Below, in pieces: positions 1-10,223 of a stretch of 64,000 bases of DNA. The position numbers were made by a program, and so were the translations under genes. Below the pieces are notes generated by a model, which saw nothing but the letters and a program-made list of their open reading frames with translations, was not told the origin of the DNA and searched no databases. The stretch spans positions 237,964-301,963 of the forward strand of contig JAWLHY010000006.1 in NCBI GenBank assembly GCA_041690135.1. Reading direction: 5' to 3'. This DNA comes from Armatimonadota bacterium. Its GTDB lineage: Bacteria; Armatimonadota; SYMT01. The first letter of the stretch is position 1, and each line of letters opens with the position of its first letter.

Positions 1-548
1 GCGGATTCCGCGACCGGATGGAGCACGTGCTGCTGCTCGATATGGCCATCCACACGTTTGACATGGCGCGTTACCTCACGGGCGCCGACCCCGTTTCCGT
101 TTACTGTAAAGAATGGAACCCCGCCGGCTCCTGGTATGACCACGAAGCGTCGGCAGTGGCCGTGTTCCAGATGACCGGGGACCTCATCTACACCTACCGG
201 GGAAGCTGGTGCTCGGAGGGGCTCAACACCTCCTGGGAAGCCGAATGGCGTGCCATCGGACAATGGGGGTCCGCCTTTTGGAACGGTGATGACCAATATC
301 ATGCGCAGCGAGTACGTCCGGGCGCCGGGCCGGAGTTCCGGATGCCGTTGGACGACGTGGAGGTTCCGGACGCACCCGGCGACACAAAAGATGGCGGGCA
401 CCTGGGAGTAATCCGCGAGTTTGTGGCCTGCGTGCGTACCGGCGGAACTCCAGAGACCGTCTGCACCGATAACATCAAGAGCCTCGCAATGGTTTTCGGG
501 GCCATTGCCAGCGCTCGGGAAGGACGCGAAGTCCCCATCGAGTGGTAA
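1..548 (+). CDS. Gfo/Idh/MocA-family oxidoreductase, C-terminal fragment (5' end outside window)
   Basis: Frame is open from the window edge to TAA at 546-548. The sequence resembles the C-terminal domain of this family. Full-length paralogues lie at 4024-5028 and 47159-48226. Confidence 0.6.
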   Translation, partial: GFRDRMEHVLLLDMAIHTFDMARYLTGADPVSVYCKEWNPAGSWYDHEASAVAVFQMTGDLIYTYRGSWCSEGLNTSWEAEWRAIGQWGSAFWNGDDQYHAQRVRPGAGPEFRMPLDDVEVPDAPGDTKDGGHLGVIREFVACVRTGGTPETVCTDNIKSLAMVFGAIASAREGREVPIEW

Positions 549-626
549 TTTCTGGAAGTCCCGCCGGCCCACCTATCGCAGCCTTCCGGAGGCAGGCCCG
601 CGGAAATACCCCCACAGGATAGACCG

Positions 627-3600
627 ATGCGAAGCACTTTTTCCACCACCCTCGTCCTGCTGGCGGCCGGCACCACCGTCGCCGCGTCGGCCGCCGGCGA
701 GAAGCATACCCTGATCCTCAAAGCCAAGCCCGGCCAGTTGGTTCGCTACCGAACTACCGTGAACCTGACGCTGGAAGCCAACGGGCAGAAGGCGCTCATG
801 GAAATCAAGGAAACCGAGAAGGTCACGTTCGCGGGGGTCGCACCCAACGGAGACATCACCACGGAGCGGGAAACAGAGTCCTCCGAGATGTCGATCAATG
901 GGACAAAGCTTCCTCCCAGCACAGACCCGCCGGAAAAAGCCACCGTTGTCTTCCGGTCCAACAACTCGCTCGTCTCTTACAAATCGGGAACGCCCGATGG
1001 TGACAGCGACAAGCTCTCCGTGCGGATGATTACGGCGACCAACCCCATCTTCCCGGCGCAACCCGTGGGTCCGGGCGACAAATGGACCCATGAGTTCAAG
1101 GCGGACTCGGCCACGGGAGCGCGTGCCGGTAAGGGTGAGTTCGAAGTGCTGTCCTTCGAGAAGTCCCCCAATGGGGTGGACGCGGTCAAGATCCGCATGG
1201 CCTACCGGGAAACGGAAGGGAACCCGGCGATCGCCAGCAAGGGGACCTACTGGGTCGAACGCTCTTCCGGCGATCAGGTCGTCAGCGATATCGAACTGGA
1301 GAATGTGCCGTTTGGGCCTCCCGGCAGCAACGCGCTCGCCAGCGGAAAAGTGAAACAGGAGCGCACGGAAGGGAGCGCCCTGGGCGACGCCGGAAGCGCC
1401 AGTGCAGCTCCCAGGCCCAAGACGATCGACGATGTGGTCAAGGGGTACACGAAGGAAGAGGGTCTCCTCACGCTCTACCGGAAGAAAGACAACAACCGGG
1501 AAACCCTCTACCTGGAGATCCGCGAGGAACAGCTCAACCAGTTGATGATGCTGCAGGCCACGGCTGCTACCGGCACGGGAGAAGCGATCATCGCCGGGGA
1601 TCCATTGGCCGATATCGTCTTCCGGTGGGAGAAGCTCGGCGAAGACAAGCTCGTCATGGTCGTTCCCAACATCGCGTTCCGAGCCGATCCCCAGGCGCCG
1701 ATCGCCCGCGCGGTGAAGCGTTCCTTTCCCGACGCTTACCTCCAGGACTTCAAGATCGAAGCACGCCAGCCGGAACGGACGAGCCTGCTCATCAACATCA
1801 CCGATTACTTCCGCAATGACATCGCCCAACTGGGGCAGGCGCTCACCACGGGCGGACTCATCGGCATGGGTGTGGTGCCGGGAGTGTCCTATGCCCTGGA
1901 TCGGGAAAAGACACTCCTTCAATCCGTCAAATCCTTCCCGGAGAATTTCTGCGTAGAGACCTCCTACCACTTTCTCCGCGGGGGTCCTCCCGCAGCCGTA
2001 TTCGGGCGGAGCACCACCCTGGCGGATCCCCGGAGCGTGCCGTTGCGCGTGCAGTTCAATCTGTTTCCGTTAAAGAACAACGGGTACCAACCGCGCCTGG
2101 CAGATCCGCGGGTCGGCTATTTCTACACGGAGTTCCAGGACTTCACCGACGACGGGCGCGACACGCAGATGACGCGCTACATCTATCGCTGGAATGTGGA
2201 GAAGGCCGATCCGAAGGCTCCCCTTTCCTCCCCGAAGAAACCGATCACCTTCTGGCTGGACAACGCCATCCCCACCGAGTACCGCGCCGCCGTCCGCGAC
2301 GGACTGCTCATGTGGAACGCGGCGTTCGCAAAGATCGGCATCCGAGACGCTATTGTGGTCAAGCAGATGCCGGACGACGCGGAGTGGGACCACGCGGACA
2401 TGCGCTACAACGTGATCCGGTGGTCCACCACGCAGACGCCGCCCTACGGCGCCATTGCCCTCTTCCGCGTCAACCCGCTGACCGGTGAGATTCTGAACGC
2501 GGGCATCACGGTAGACGCCACCCTGACCCGCGGCACCAAGTTCGAGCGGCGCCGCATCGTAGAACCTTCGACCCGGTTTGAACAATTGGAGCGTGATCCG
2601 CAGAGCAATGCGCTTTCCACCCGCGCGTGCCGCTGCGAACTGGCCGAAGGCGCCATGGAACAGGCCTGGTTCGGCTTCACCGCACTGGAACTCCTGGCGG
2701 CACCGGGGACAAAGGTCGACGAGAAGGCCTACACGGAAAGTTACCTGCGCTCCATCGTCGCCCATGAAATGGGGCACATCCTGGGTCTCTTCCACAACTT
2801 CGCGGCGAGCACCGAGCTGAGCCTGGAAGAGTTGAAGGACCCGAAAAAGGTAAAAGACCGCGGGACGGTGGCCTCCGTGATGGACTACTACCCGTTCAAC
2901 ATCGCGGCACTGCGGTCGCGCGACGTGGAATACTGGCCGACCAAGGTGGGCGCCTACGATCTGTGGGCCGTGCGGTACGGCTATTCGCCCACGCCCGCGG
3001 AGAAGCCGGAGGCCGACCGGTCGCGCCTGAAGGAAATTGCCTCCCAGGGAAATCTTCCCGGGCGGGCCTTCCACAACGACATCCTCGCGGACGGGTTCGA
3101 CCCGGCGGTGTCGCGCTTCGATCTCAGCAAAGAGCCCCTGGAGTACCACGACCGGCTGATGCGCGTGAGCCGCCACCTGCTGATGACCCTCGACCAACGC
3201 GAACCGAAGAAGGGGGAGAGCTACTGGGAGTTCACCCGCCTGTTTAACGGTTTGCTCAACCAGTATGCCAGCGGAGCCGCCCAGGCGACCCGCTACATCG
3301 GCGGGCTGCACATGAACCGCAACCACCGGGGCGATGCGGGAGAAAAGCCCACGCTGGTTCCCGTGGCCGCGGAAAAGCAGAAGCGGGCGCTGAAACTGCT
3401 GAACGACTACGTGCTGGCCGAGCGTGCCTTCAACTTTCCAAAGTCGTACTACGCGCGCTTCACAAACAACCCGTTCCCCGACGCCCGCTCCTTTGCTTCC
3501 GGCGGAGGCCCGGACTTTCCGGTGCTGGACTCAATCGCCAACATGCAGCGAGCCGCGCTCCGGCGCCTCTACACCACGGCCGTGCTGAATCGCGTGGCCA

Positions 3601-3947
3601 ATAACGAGTACAAAACAGCGGAAAGCCCGAACACCTTTACCCTGGCGGAACTGTTCGGCACGGTGGGAACGACGGTCTGGTCCGAGTTGGAGGGCGGAAA
3701 AGAGATCGACACGCTGCGCCGGCGGCTGCAGCGGGCACATCTCGAGGAGATGGTACGCCTTGCCAACACCGGCAGCGGCGCACCGGAAGACGCGCGCATG
3801 CTGGCCTGGGACCAGCTTCGGCGGTTGAAGTCCCGGATCACGTCCGCCCGACGGCGGAAACCGGGACAGTACACACAGGTCCACCTGGATGAGTCACTGG
3901 TCCGGATCAACCGGGCCCTGAATGCCACTCAAACCTTAAGCAACTAA
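627..3947 (+). CDS. secreted zinc-dependent metalloprotease (large, DUF5117/DUF4953-like architecture)
   Basis: 1106-aa ORF with an N-terminal signal-like segment (MRSTFSTTLVLLAAGTTVAASAA). It carries the zinc-binding motif HEMGHILGLFHNF. A strong hairpin terminator follows. Confidence 0.85.
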   Translation: MRSTFSTTLVLLAAGTTVAASAAGEKHTLILKAKPGQLVRYRTTVNLTLEANGQKALMEIKETEKVTFAGVAPNGDITTERETESSEMSINGTKLPPSTDPPEKATVVFRSNNSLVSYKSGTPDGDSDKLSVRMITATNPIFPAQPVGPGDKWTHEFKADSATGARAGKGEFEVLSFEKSPNGVDAVKIRMAYRETEGNPAIASKGTYWVERSSGDQVVSDIELENVPFGPPGSNALASGKVKQERTEGSALGDAGSASAAPRPKTIDDVVKGYTKEEGLLTLYRKKDNNRETLYLEIREEQLNQLMMLQATAATGTGEAIIAGDPLADIVFRWEKLGEDKLVMVVPNIAFRADPQAPIARAVKRSFPDAYLQDFKIEARQPERTSLLINITDYFRNDIAQLGQALTTGGLIGMGVVPGVSYALDREKTLLQSVKSFPENFCVETSYHFLRGGPPAAVFGRSTTLADPRSVPLRVQFNLFPLKNNGYQPRLADPRVGYFYTEFQDFTDDGRDTQMTRYIYRWNVEKADPKAPLSSPKKPITFWLDNAIPTEYRAAVRDGLLMWNAAFAKIGIRDAIVVKQMPDDAEWDHADMRYNVIRWSTTQTPPYGAIALFRVNPLTGEILNAGITVDATLTRGTKFERRRIVEPSTRFEQLERDPQSNALSTRACRCELAEGAMEQAWFGFTALELLAAPGTKVDEKAYTESYLRSIVAHEMGHILGLFHNFAASTELSLEELKDPKKVKDRGTVASVMDYYPFNIAALRSRDVEYWPTKVGAYDLWAVRYGYSPTPAEKPEADRSRLKEIASQGNLPGRAFHNDILADGFDPAVSRFDLSKEPLEYHDRLMRVSRHLLMTLDQREPKKGESYWEFTRLFNGLLNQYASGAAQATRYIGGLHMNRNHRGDAGEKPTLVPVAAEKQKRALKLLNDYVLAERAFNFPKSYYARFTNNPFPDARSFASGGGPDFPVLDSIANMQRAALRRLYTTAVLNRVANNEYKTAESPNTFTLAELFGTVGTTVWSELEGGKEIDTLRRRLQRAHLEEMVRLANTGSGAPEDARMLAWDQLRRLKSRITSARRRKPGQYTQVHLDESLVRINRALNATQTLSN

Positions 3948-3970
3948 AAGCTAGCCGCACGAGTGTTCAG

Positions 3971-4012
3971 CGGGGTGGGATCCTCTTCCGAACAGAGGAT
4001 CCCACCCCGTTT
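3971..4012. terminator. rho-independent terminator hairpin between convergent genes
   Basis: Perfect 16-bp stem (cggggtgggatcctct / agaggatcccaccccg) with a 7-nt loop, followed by TTT. It lies between stop codons at 3947 (+) and 4024 (-). Confidence 0.75.
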
Positions 4013-4023
4013 GACATGAGGGA

Positions 4024-5028
4024 TCAGCCCAGGGTCACCGACTCTGCGGATACAGCGGAAACGAAGATGGCGTCGATCAGGCCCATGGAGGCCCGTAGCT
4101 CTTCTCCCGTCACGTTGGGCGCCGCTTCGCCCCGACATGCGGCGAGCAGATTATCGTAGAGCTCGTCGATCACGTTCACCGGCTCCAGCACCTCCGGCTC
4201 CGACATGCCGTCCGCCAGCAGCGTTATCGGACCGTTCACCTTCTCCGCCGTAATGCAGCCTTCCGTACCGATCACGTACCAGTGCGGGGCAGGTAGGCGA
4301 GAAAGGTTGCTCGCTTCGAGATAAGCCGTTGCCCCGCCCTCGAACCGGAGGAGGCAAGAGAAGTGGTCGTCCACTTCGTTGCTGAACCGGATCCCCCGGG
4401 CATCGGCGAACACCGTGCGGACCGGCTCTCCGATCAGGTGGAGTACCTGATCGCCGAGGTGGGGAGCATAGTCGTACACCATGCCCCCCCCGAACGCCCG
4501 CTGCACGCGCCAGGTGGGGTTGAACCCTTCAATTCCCCACGTGGCCCAGCCCATCCCGAACTGCGACCAGACGCGCCGTACGTGCTCCACCCGTCCAATG
4601 CGGCCGGCTCGCACCGCCTGAAGAATCGCACGATATTCGCCATCATAGCGGCGCGACTGGTGGCAGTGCATTACCACGCCGTTCGCCTGGGCCGCGGCAA
4701 GCATCGCTTCCGCTTCGCCGAGCGTCATCGCGAACGGTTTGTCCACGAAGACGTGCTTTCCGGCTTCCGCCGCCTGCACTGCCAGGTCGCGGTGGCTATT
4801 CGGTGGCGTGGTCACGATGACCAGGTCCACATTCGGGTCCGCCAGCAGATCCTCAAACCGCTCGTAAATGCGGGCGTCCGGGTTCTCCTCCTGGGCAGCG
4901 GTGCGGCGCACTTCCGTCGTGTCGCTCACCGCCACGAGCTTTGCCGTTTCGCGGGCGGTAACCCAGCGACGATGCGCGCCCGCACCGACTTTGCCGTAGC
5001 CCACGATCCCCACTCCGATGGGAGGCAT
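4024..5028 (-). CDS. Gfo/Idh/MocA-family NAD(P)-dependent oxidoreductase
   Basis: 334 aa. N-terminal Rossmann motif (GVGIVGYGKVGAGAH) and the family-typical EKP-like 'VFVDKPFA' segment. Confidence 0.9.
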   Translation of the reverse strand: MPPIGVGIVGYGKVGAGAHRRWVTARETAKLVAVSDTTEVRRTAAQEENPDARIYERFEDLLADPNVDLVIVTTPPNSHRDLAVQAAEAGKHVFVDKPFAMTLGEAEAMLAAAQANGVVMHCHQSRRYDGEYRAILQAVRAGRIGRVEHVRRVWSQFGMGWATWGIEGFNPTWRVQRAFGGGMVYDYAPHLGDQVLHLIGEPVRTVFADARGIRFSNEVDDHFSCLLRFEGGATAYLEASNLSRLPAPHWYVIGTEGCITAEKVNGPITLLADGMSEPEVLEPVNVIDELYDNLLAACRGEAAPNVTGEELRASMGLIDAIFVSAVSAESVTLG

Positions 5029-5116
5029 CCGGATCTCCTATCTTCTCCACCCGTGCGCTGCGAGCCCGCGAATTCGCGGCACAGCTCGCAGCGCGCCGCT
5101 GCCGGCAACCGACCGC

Positions 5117-5491
5117 CTACTTCTGCGCTTTGCTGGCGTCGAAGGCCTCAGTCAGAAGCCGGCTCCACCGGGCGGCCACCGTGGCAACCTTCTTCTGCCT
5201 TTCGGCCGCGGCATCCTCGGGAGTGACGACCGCAATCAGCTCATTGTTGAGGAAGAGTTTGATATTCTTCCCGGCAGGTTTCGAGGTCACCTTGCAGACC
5301 TTGCCGCCCAGGTACTTGTTGATGACGTCCATGGCCGCGCCGGCTCGCGCTTCGGGCTCTTTCCCCTCCGCGGCGACACGGAAGTAAAAGCAGGTGAAGG
5401 AACCGCAATAGACGGGGACCCGCATCTGGGCGGCGGCAAGCCCCCCGATCAGACTGGCGGTAGCGAGGGAAAGGAGAACGCGACGAAACAT
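5117..5491 (-). CDS. small secreted hypothetical protein
   Basis: 124 aa with a signal-like N-terminus (MFRRVLLSLATASLIGGLAAAQ). Third-codon positions are strongly G/C, as in neighbouring genes. No family recognised. Confidence 0.6.
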   Translation of the reverse strand: MFRRVLLSLATASLIGGLAAAQMRVPVYCGSFTCFYFRVAAEGKEPEARAGAAMDVINKYLGGKVCKVTSKPAGKNIKLFLNNELIAVVTPEDAAAERQKKVATVAARWSRLLTEAFDASKAQK

Positions 5492-5677
5492 GGGGCAACT
5501 CCTGGGACGAAGACAAGGACGGCCGGTTGGAGATACCGTCCTACCCGGGATATTCGGCCGAAACGCCGGGGAACGCCACCCCGGGCGGATGGCGGTAAGG
5601 ATAAGGACCGGGAGAGGAAGAAGATGCAGTTAAGGAGACCCACAACGGCTAACTCACTAGCCGCCCGGAGATACAAG

Positions 5678-6127
5678 ATGGCGGATATTCCTGGAAAGCG
5701 TCACGTCAGGCCCGAAGAAGTCGCGACCTCCACCTTCGGGTGGGGCCAGATCAAGTTCCTATGCGATCCCCAGCTAACGAATGCGGAACATCTTACGGTT
5801 GGCCACGTTCGGTTGGCTCCGGGCCAGGGTCACCTCCGGCACAACCATCCTGGGTCCGAGGAAATCCTTTTCATTCTCTCCGGTGAAGGAGAGCAGATGG
5901 TGGAGAGTGACCTGGAGGAGAACGGCGGTGAGCCGCGCTACTTCCGGGTCAAGGCGGGAGACCTGGTCCACATCCCGACCTCGGTTTACCACCAGACGAT
6001 CAACGATGGCCCCACCACCATGGAACTGCTGGCCGTCTACAGCCCCTGCGGGCCGGAGGAAGTCATCCGCGCCTTGCCGGACCACCAGGAGTTACCCACC
6101 GGGCCCTGGCCCGCCGTAGAAAGCTAA
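5678..6127 (+). CDS. cupin-domain protein
   Basis: The cupin_2-like motif G-x5-H-x-H (GQGHLRHNHPGSEEILFILSGEG) and a second motif (HIPTSVYHQTIN) are present. I chose the ATG at 5678 inside the longer 5018-6127 ORF; an alternative ATG lies at 5624. Confidence 0.75.
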   Translation: MADIPGKRHVRPEEVATSTFGWGQIKFLCDPQLTNAEHLTVGHVRLAPGQGHLRHNHPGSEEILFILSGEGEQMVESDLEENGGEPRYFRVKAGDLVHIPTSVYHQTINDGPTTMELLAVYSPCGPEEVIRALPDHQELPTGPWPAVES

Positions 6128-6285
6128 GCGACCGGGCCGGCAGCGGATTTTGAGCCCAGGTCTTTGCTTCCGTGTATCCAGGTAGGAAGATTCGACTGGA
6201 CACGGAAATACTGTTGCAGGGGTCTCAACACAAACCCCTATATGTCGGATCCATCCCTGGTGCGCCTACTGCTGGAGGAACCCAG

Positions 6286-6984
6286 ATGCGAAGACGCGCA
6301 TTTACCTTGATCGAGCTTCTCGTGGTGATAGCCATTATCGCCATTCTTGCCGCCATCCTCTTTCCCGTTTTTGCACGCGCCCGTGAGTCCGCACGACGAT
6401 CTGCCTGCCTCAGCAACTGCAAGCAGATCGCCACGGCAGTCATGATCTACACGCAGGATTATGACGAGATCATGCCGATCGTCTCCTACGGCGGCCAGTA
6501 CCGGGCAGCCACCCAATGCCCCCACGGAGCGGGTTATACGTCCCGAAACGTGGACGGCCTGGATCGCTACCTGGTGCCGGTTCTGCTCCCCTACACGAAA
6601 AACGAGGGTATCTTCAAATGCCCGAATGCTCCGGCGGACCGGATGGGTGCGCCGGGCATCGCGCAGTTGTGGGGCCAGACCTACTGGTACTGGTGCATTC
6701 GGGATACCGACTCCCAGAACGCGACCCGCGCCTTCTTCCCTCCCAACGGCATCAAGTCGAACGTGTGCGGCGTATCGCTTGCCAGCTTCGCCGCGCCCGC
6801 GGACAAGGTGATCATGGCGGACGGAAACCCGGGCTGGCACACCCGCGGCGGGACGCAAATCGGAGTGCCCACGACGGAAACCGGTTACTCGAACGCGGTC
6901 TTCGCGGACGGCCACGCAAAAATGCTCACCTACGTGGGAGCTCCGGATTACTACAAAAAGGTCTGGACTGCGCGCGAGCCCTGA
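6286..6984 (+). CDS. prepilin-type N-terminal cleavage/methylation domain protein (type II secretion pseudopilin-like, DUF1559-like)
   Basis: [30 protein letters not shown]-terminus and a C-terminal 'FADGHAKML' motif. GGAGGA lies 7 nt upstream of the ATG at 6286. The ORF-track start at 6172 is a GTG further upstream. Confidence 0.85.
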   Translation: MRRRAFTLIELLVVIAIIAILAAILFPVFARARESARRSACLSNCKQIATAVMIYTQDYDEIMPIVSYGGQYRAATQCPHGAGYTSRNVDGLDRYLVPVLLPYTKNEGIFKCPNAPADRMGAPGIAQLWGQTYWYWCIRDTDSQNATRAFFPPNGIKSNVCGVSLASFAAPADKVIMADGNPGWHTRGGTQIGVPTTETGYSNAVFADGHAKMLTYVGAPDYYKKVWTAREP

Positions 6985-7008
6985 CCCGAGTAGGGTCTGA
7001 AATCAGCG

Positions 7009-7044
7009 GCGAGCGACACCATGAGCTGGTGTCGCTCGCTTTTT
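7009..7044 (+). terminator. rho-independent terminator
   Basis: Perfect 12-bp stem (gcgagcgacacc / ggtgtcgctcgc) with a 7-nt loop, followed by T5. It sits directly after the stop at 6984. Confidence 0.8.
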
Positions 7045-7047
7045 CAC

Positions 7048-8559
7048 TTAGCCTTCCGCAGGCACCTCACTTCGGTCCTTAAGGGTCCAAACCGTAAGGC
7101 CCCGGAGCGACTCGGCGGGCGGCGGAGGGAAGAGCAGGCTTACGGGCCAGGCAACCAGCAGCACCACGGCCATTCCTACTCCGGAAAAGAGGAAGAACGA
7201 AACGGGACGCGGCTGAGCGAAAAATACAGCCGCCATCACCACCACGGAGGCGGCCACACCCGCCAGCACACCCGCCGAGTTGATCCGCCGGCTGAGCAAC
7301 CCCGCCAGGAAAAGGCCCACCAGCGACCCTCCGAACAGTCCCAGCAACTGGATCGCCTGTTCCCAAAGTGAGCGGTCGTTGAGACGATCCAACACTAGAG
7401 CTCCCCCGATGGCCATCAGCCCCCAAAAGACGGTCATCCACCGGGCCACGCGCAGATACTCACGCTCGTCCCGGTCCGGATGCCGGCGCCGGTAGAAGTC
7501 CTGCACCGAGATCGTCGCCATACTGTTCAGGCTGGAGTCGAGGGTAGACATCGTCGCGGCGAAGATCGCTGCTAACACCAGGCCAGCCAGTCCCCCACTC
7601 ATGTGCTGAACCAGGAAGAACGGAACCACGGAGTCGCGGTGGGCCAGGCCCTCGATCTGGCCGGGGTGCGCCTGGTAATAAGCCCACAGGGCGCTGCCGA
7701 TGCTGAAGAAGAGGAAGTTGATGGGGATCACCGCCGCGGCCAGGAGCCAGAGCGATCGCCGCGCCGCCGCTTCGGTAGGAGTGGTGAGATAGCGCTGGAC
7801 CACAGCCTGATCGGCACAGTACGGCACCAGACCCAGGAACCAGCCGCCAACGAATATGACGAAGGTGTTTTCCTGGTTGAGCGCGAGGCCCGGCGCAAAG
7901 AGCCTGAACTTCTCCTGCGCCGCTCCCATCGCCAGGATCTCGGGAACGCCGCCCGGAACTCCCGTGATGATCTTTCCCAGCATCAGCGTAGCGGCCAGCG
8001 AGAAGATCACAACCTGCACCACGTCCGTCCAGATCACGGCTTCGATCCCGCCAAGGACTGTGTACACGAGTGTGAGCACCCCGACGAGGATCACCATCGT
8101 CACCACGCTGAGACCCGTCACTTGATGCAAGGCCAATGCGGGCAGGTATTGGACGACCGCAATCCGCCCCAACTGCATCAGGAAGAAGAGGATGGAGCCT
8201 AGCGTATGGCAGGTGGGGCCAAAACGCTGGCCCAGGTACTCATAGGCGGAAACGATCCGCTGGCGCCGGAAGAAAGGCAGGAAGAGAAAGCCCGCCACTG
8301 GGGTTACCAGCATCACGGCGGCGGTGCCGATGAAGTAGGTCCAATCCCGCGCAAAGATCTGCGCCGGGATTGCCATGAACATGATGGCGCTGATCTGCGT
8401 GCCGACGATGCTGAGGCCCGCGGCCCACCAGGGAATCCGCTGGCCTGCCAGAAAGAAGTCGCCCGTGCTCTTTTCCCGCCGGGAACAGAGGCTGCCGAGC
8501 ACGGCAATCCCCAACAAGTAGATCCCTGCCACCACATAGTCAAGCGCCGTAAGGGTCAT
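7048..8559 (-). CDS. sodium:solute symporter family (SSS) transporter
   Basis: 503 aa, polytopic membrane protein. The N-terminus (DYVVAGIYLLGIAVLG...DFFLAGQRIPWWAAGLSIVGTQISA) is typical of SSS transporters. Confidence 0.9.
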   Translation of the reverse strand: MTLTALDYVVAGIYLLGIAVLGSLCSRREKSTGDFFLAGQRIPWWAAGLSIVGTQISAIMFMAIPAQIFARDWTYFIGTAAVMLVTPVAGFLFLPFFRRQRIVSAYEYLGQRFGPTCHTLGSILFFLMQLGRIAVVQYLPALALHQVTGLSVVTMVILVGVLTLVYTVLGGIEAVIWTDVVQVVIFSLAATLMLGKIITGVPGGVPEILAMGAAQEKFRLFAPGLALNQENTFVIFVGGWFLGLVPYCADQAVVQRYLTTPTEAAARRSLWLLAAAVIPINFLFFSIGSALWAYYQAHPGQIEGLAHRDSVVPFFLVQHMSGGLAGLVLAAIFAATMSTLDSSLNSMATISVQDFYRRRHPDRDEREYLRVARWMTVFWGLMAIGGALVLDRLNDRSLWEQAIQLLGLFGGSLVGLFLAGLLSRRINSAGVLAGVAASVVVMAAVFFAQPRPVSFFLFSGVGMAVVLLVAWPVSLLFPPPPAESLRGLTVWTLKDRSEVPAEG

Positions 8560-8678
8560 GGTAGGACGTTACACTCCGATTGCGCGCCGGAACCGCCGGC
8601 AAACCGCTTAACGCACTGCTACGGCGAGAGAGGTCTCTTCTCCTCTGCGCATTTCGGGAATGTGCAGACCCGCTTCAT

Positions 8679-9374
8679 TCACATGAGACCCAGGTGCTTG
8701 AGACTCACCCAGCGACCGTCTCCAATGATGATATGGTCCAACAGCTCGATCCCCAGGATCTTCCCGGCCTCGACCAGCCGCTTCGTCGTGGCGAGATCCT
8801 CCGGCGACGGCTCCGGGTCGCCGGAAGGATGGTTGTGTACCAGCACGATGCTGGCGGCATTAAACCGGATTGCCTCCGCGTACACCTCCCGCGGGTGGAC
8901 GAGACTTTCGGTCAGCGTCCCGCTGGAGACCCTGCGCTGGTGACGGAGCTGATTGCGGGCATCCAGAACCATCACATAGAGGTGCTCGCGCGTCTCGTAC
9001 CGGAGTTCCGCCATCATCAACTGGGCCACCTCCGCTGGGGATCGTATGATCGGCCGCGCTTCCTCGTTGGAGGCCGCCAGCCGTTTGGCCAGCTCGACCG
9101 CCGCTTTGACTTCAATCGCCTTCACGCGCCCGACACCCGGCACGCTCGCCAGTTCTTCCAGCGTGGCCGTAGCCAGCCGGGAAAGGCCACCCAGGTTCTT
9201 GAACACTTCCTCCGCCACCTGCACGGCGTTGCGCTGTGGCGTGCCCGTGCGGAAGAGGATGGCCAGCAACTCCGGATTCGTCAGGCTTTCCGGACCCGAC
9301 CGTTCCAACCTCTCCCGAGGTCGGGCATCCGGTGCCATATCGGCGATCCGCATCGCGTTATACATATCGGCCAT
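8679..9374 (-). CDS. radC: RadC-family JAB/MPN-domain protein
   Basis: 231 aa with 'RPRERLERSGPESLTNPELLAILFRTG' and the JAMM motif 'HNHPSGDPEPSPED'. GAGGAG lies 8 nt upstream of the ATG at 9374. Confidence 0.9.
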   Translation of the reverse strand: MADMYNAMRIADMAPDARPRERLERSGPESLTNPELLAILFRTGTPQRNAVQVAEEVFKNLGGLSRLATATLEELASVPGVGRVKAIEVKAAVELAKRLAASNEEARPIIRSPAEVAQLMMAELRYETREHLYVMVLDARNQLRHQRRVSSGTLTESLVHPREVYAEAIRFNAASIVLVHNHPSGDPEPSPEDLATTKRLVEAGKILGIELLDHIIIGDGRWVSLKHLGLM

Positions 9375-10027
9375 CCAGTGCTCCTCTCGTCCTCACACCC
9401 GTTCATTTCCATCCCACGACGCCTCATCCGAAGCGTAGCCGCACAGCGCAAAGAAGGGTACCCCCTTTGAAGCTCCCGTTCTCCAATGCCGCCCCCCCAC
9501 TGCAGGAGCGTCCTCCAGTTCCCCGTCAGGCGACGCCGCTTCCGGATCCAGCCAGCCTCTTCCCATGGCTCCTGCTCGAAGGCATCCAACGACTTGCGGA
9601 AATCTGCACGAAATGCCCGCAAGTCTCCTTGCATAAAAAACACCTCATAGGGATCGAAGTACAGATACTGCCTGCTTCTCGTCTCGACGTACTGGAGCCA
9701 GGACTCAAATGCTGGCAGACGGTTCGGGCCCAGAGCGGCGCAAATGCCCGAACTTCGATCCCTGGCCCGAGCCAGTGCCGAGCCCGTCTCCGAGACGAGA
9801 AAGGGATACTTCTCAGGACCAGCGATAGGATCCGCCTCCTCGTCCGAAAGCGTGTCTAGGGCCGTCCGAAGCGAATTCACCTCGAACAGTGCAAACCAGA
9901 GGGAAGGGATCAAGTTGCAACCGTAGCAGAGGCTGATCGTGTCTGCGGATCCGCGGGCCGGCTTCTCCGGAGTATCCGAGGTAACGAGCTCACTATAGTT
10001 TGCCATACCCATCCTCTCCCGAAGCAA
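9281..10027 (-). CDS. hypothetical protein (3' end uncertain; overlaps radC start by ~94 nt)
   Basis: 248-aa ORF. The first ~190 aa look protein-like (…YLYFDPYEVFFMQGDLRAF…). The last ~55 codons overlap radC and lose G/C third-position bias. No family recognised. Confidence 0.4.
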   Translation of the reverse strand: MLRERMGMANYSELVTSDTPEKPARGSADTISLCYGCNLIPSLWFALFEVNSLRTALDTLSDEEADPIAGPEKYPFLVSETGSALARARDRSSGICAALGPNRLPAFESWLQYVETRSRQYLYFDPYEVFFMQGDLRAFRADFRKSLDAFEQEPWEEAGWIRKRRRLTGNWRTLLQWGGGIGERELQRGYPSLRCAATLRMRRRGMEMNGCEDERSTGWPICITRCGSPIWHRMPDLGRGWNGRVRKA

Positions 10028-10223
10028 GGGCCATGCTTAACCTGCGTTCCTTGCCAAGCCGTTCTCTAAACAAGAAGGCTACCGGTTGCACAGTACTTAG
10101 TTGGTGGGCCGGCAGGTTCCGACCTCCAAAGCCCGAGCAGGACGCGCGTGACGGCGACTGGAACTCAGCAGCGGTTGGGCGACCTATTCCTTCGGTAGGA
10201 AAGCGGCTGGCGACGGAGGTTCC

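Noticed and set aside
9281-9374. Frameshift or sequencing error, or a functional overlap, between the hypothetical gene and radC (94-nt overlap).
   Set aside because: The radC start is well supported (GAGGAG 8 nt upstream). The overlapping tail of the upstream ORF loses coding-like codon bias, so its real stop or extent is simply uncertain. Nothing in the sequence shows a recoding signal.
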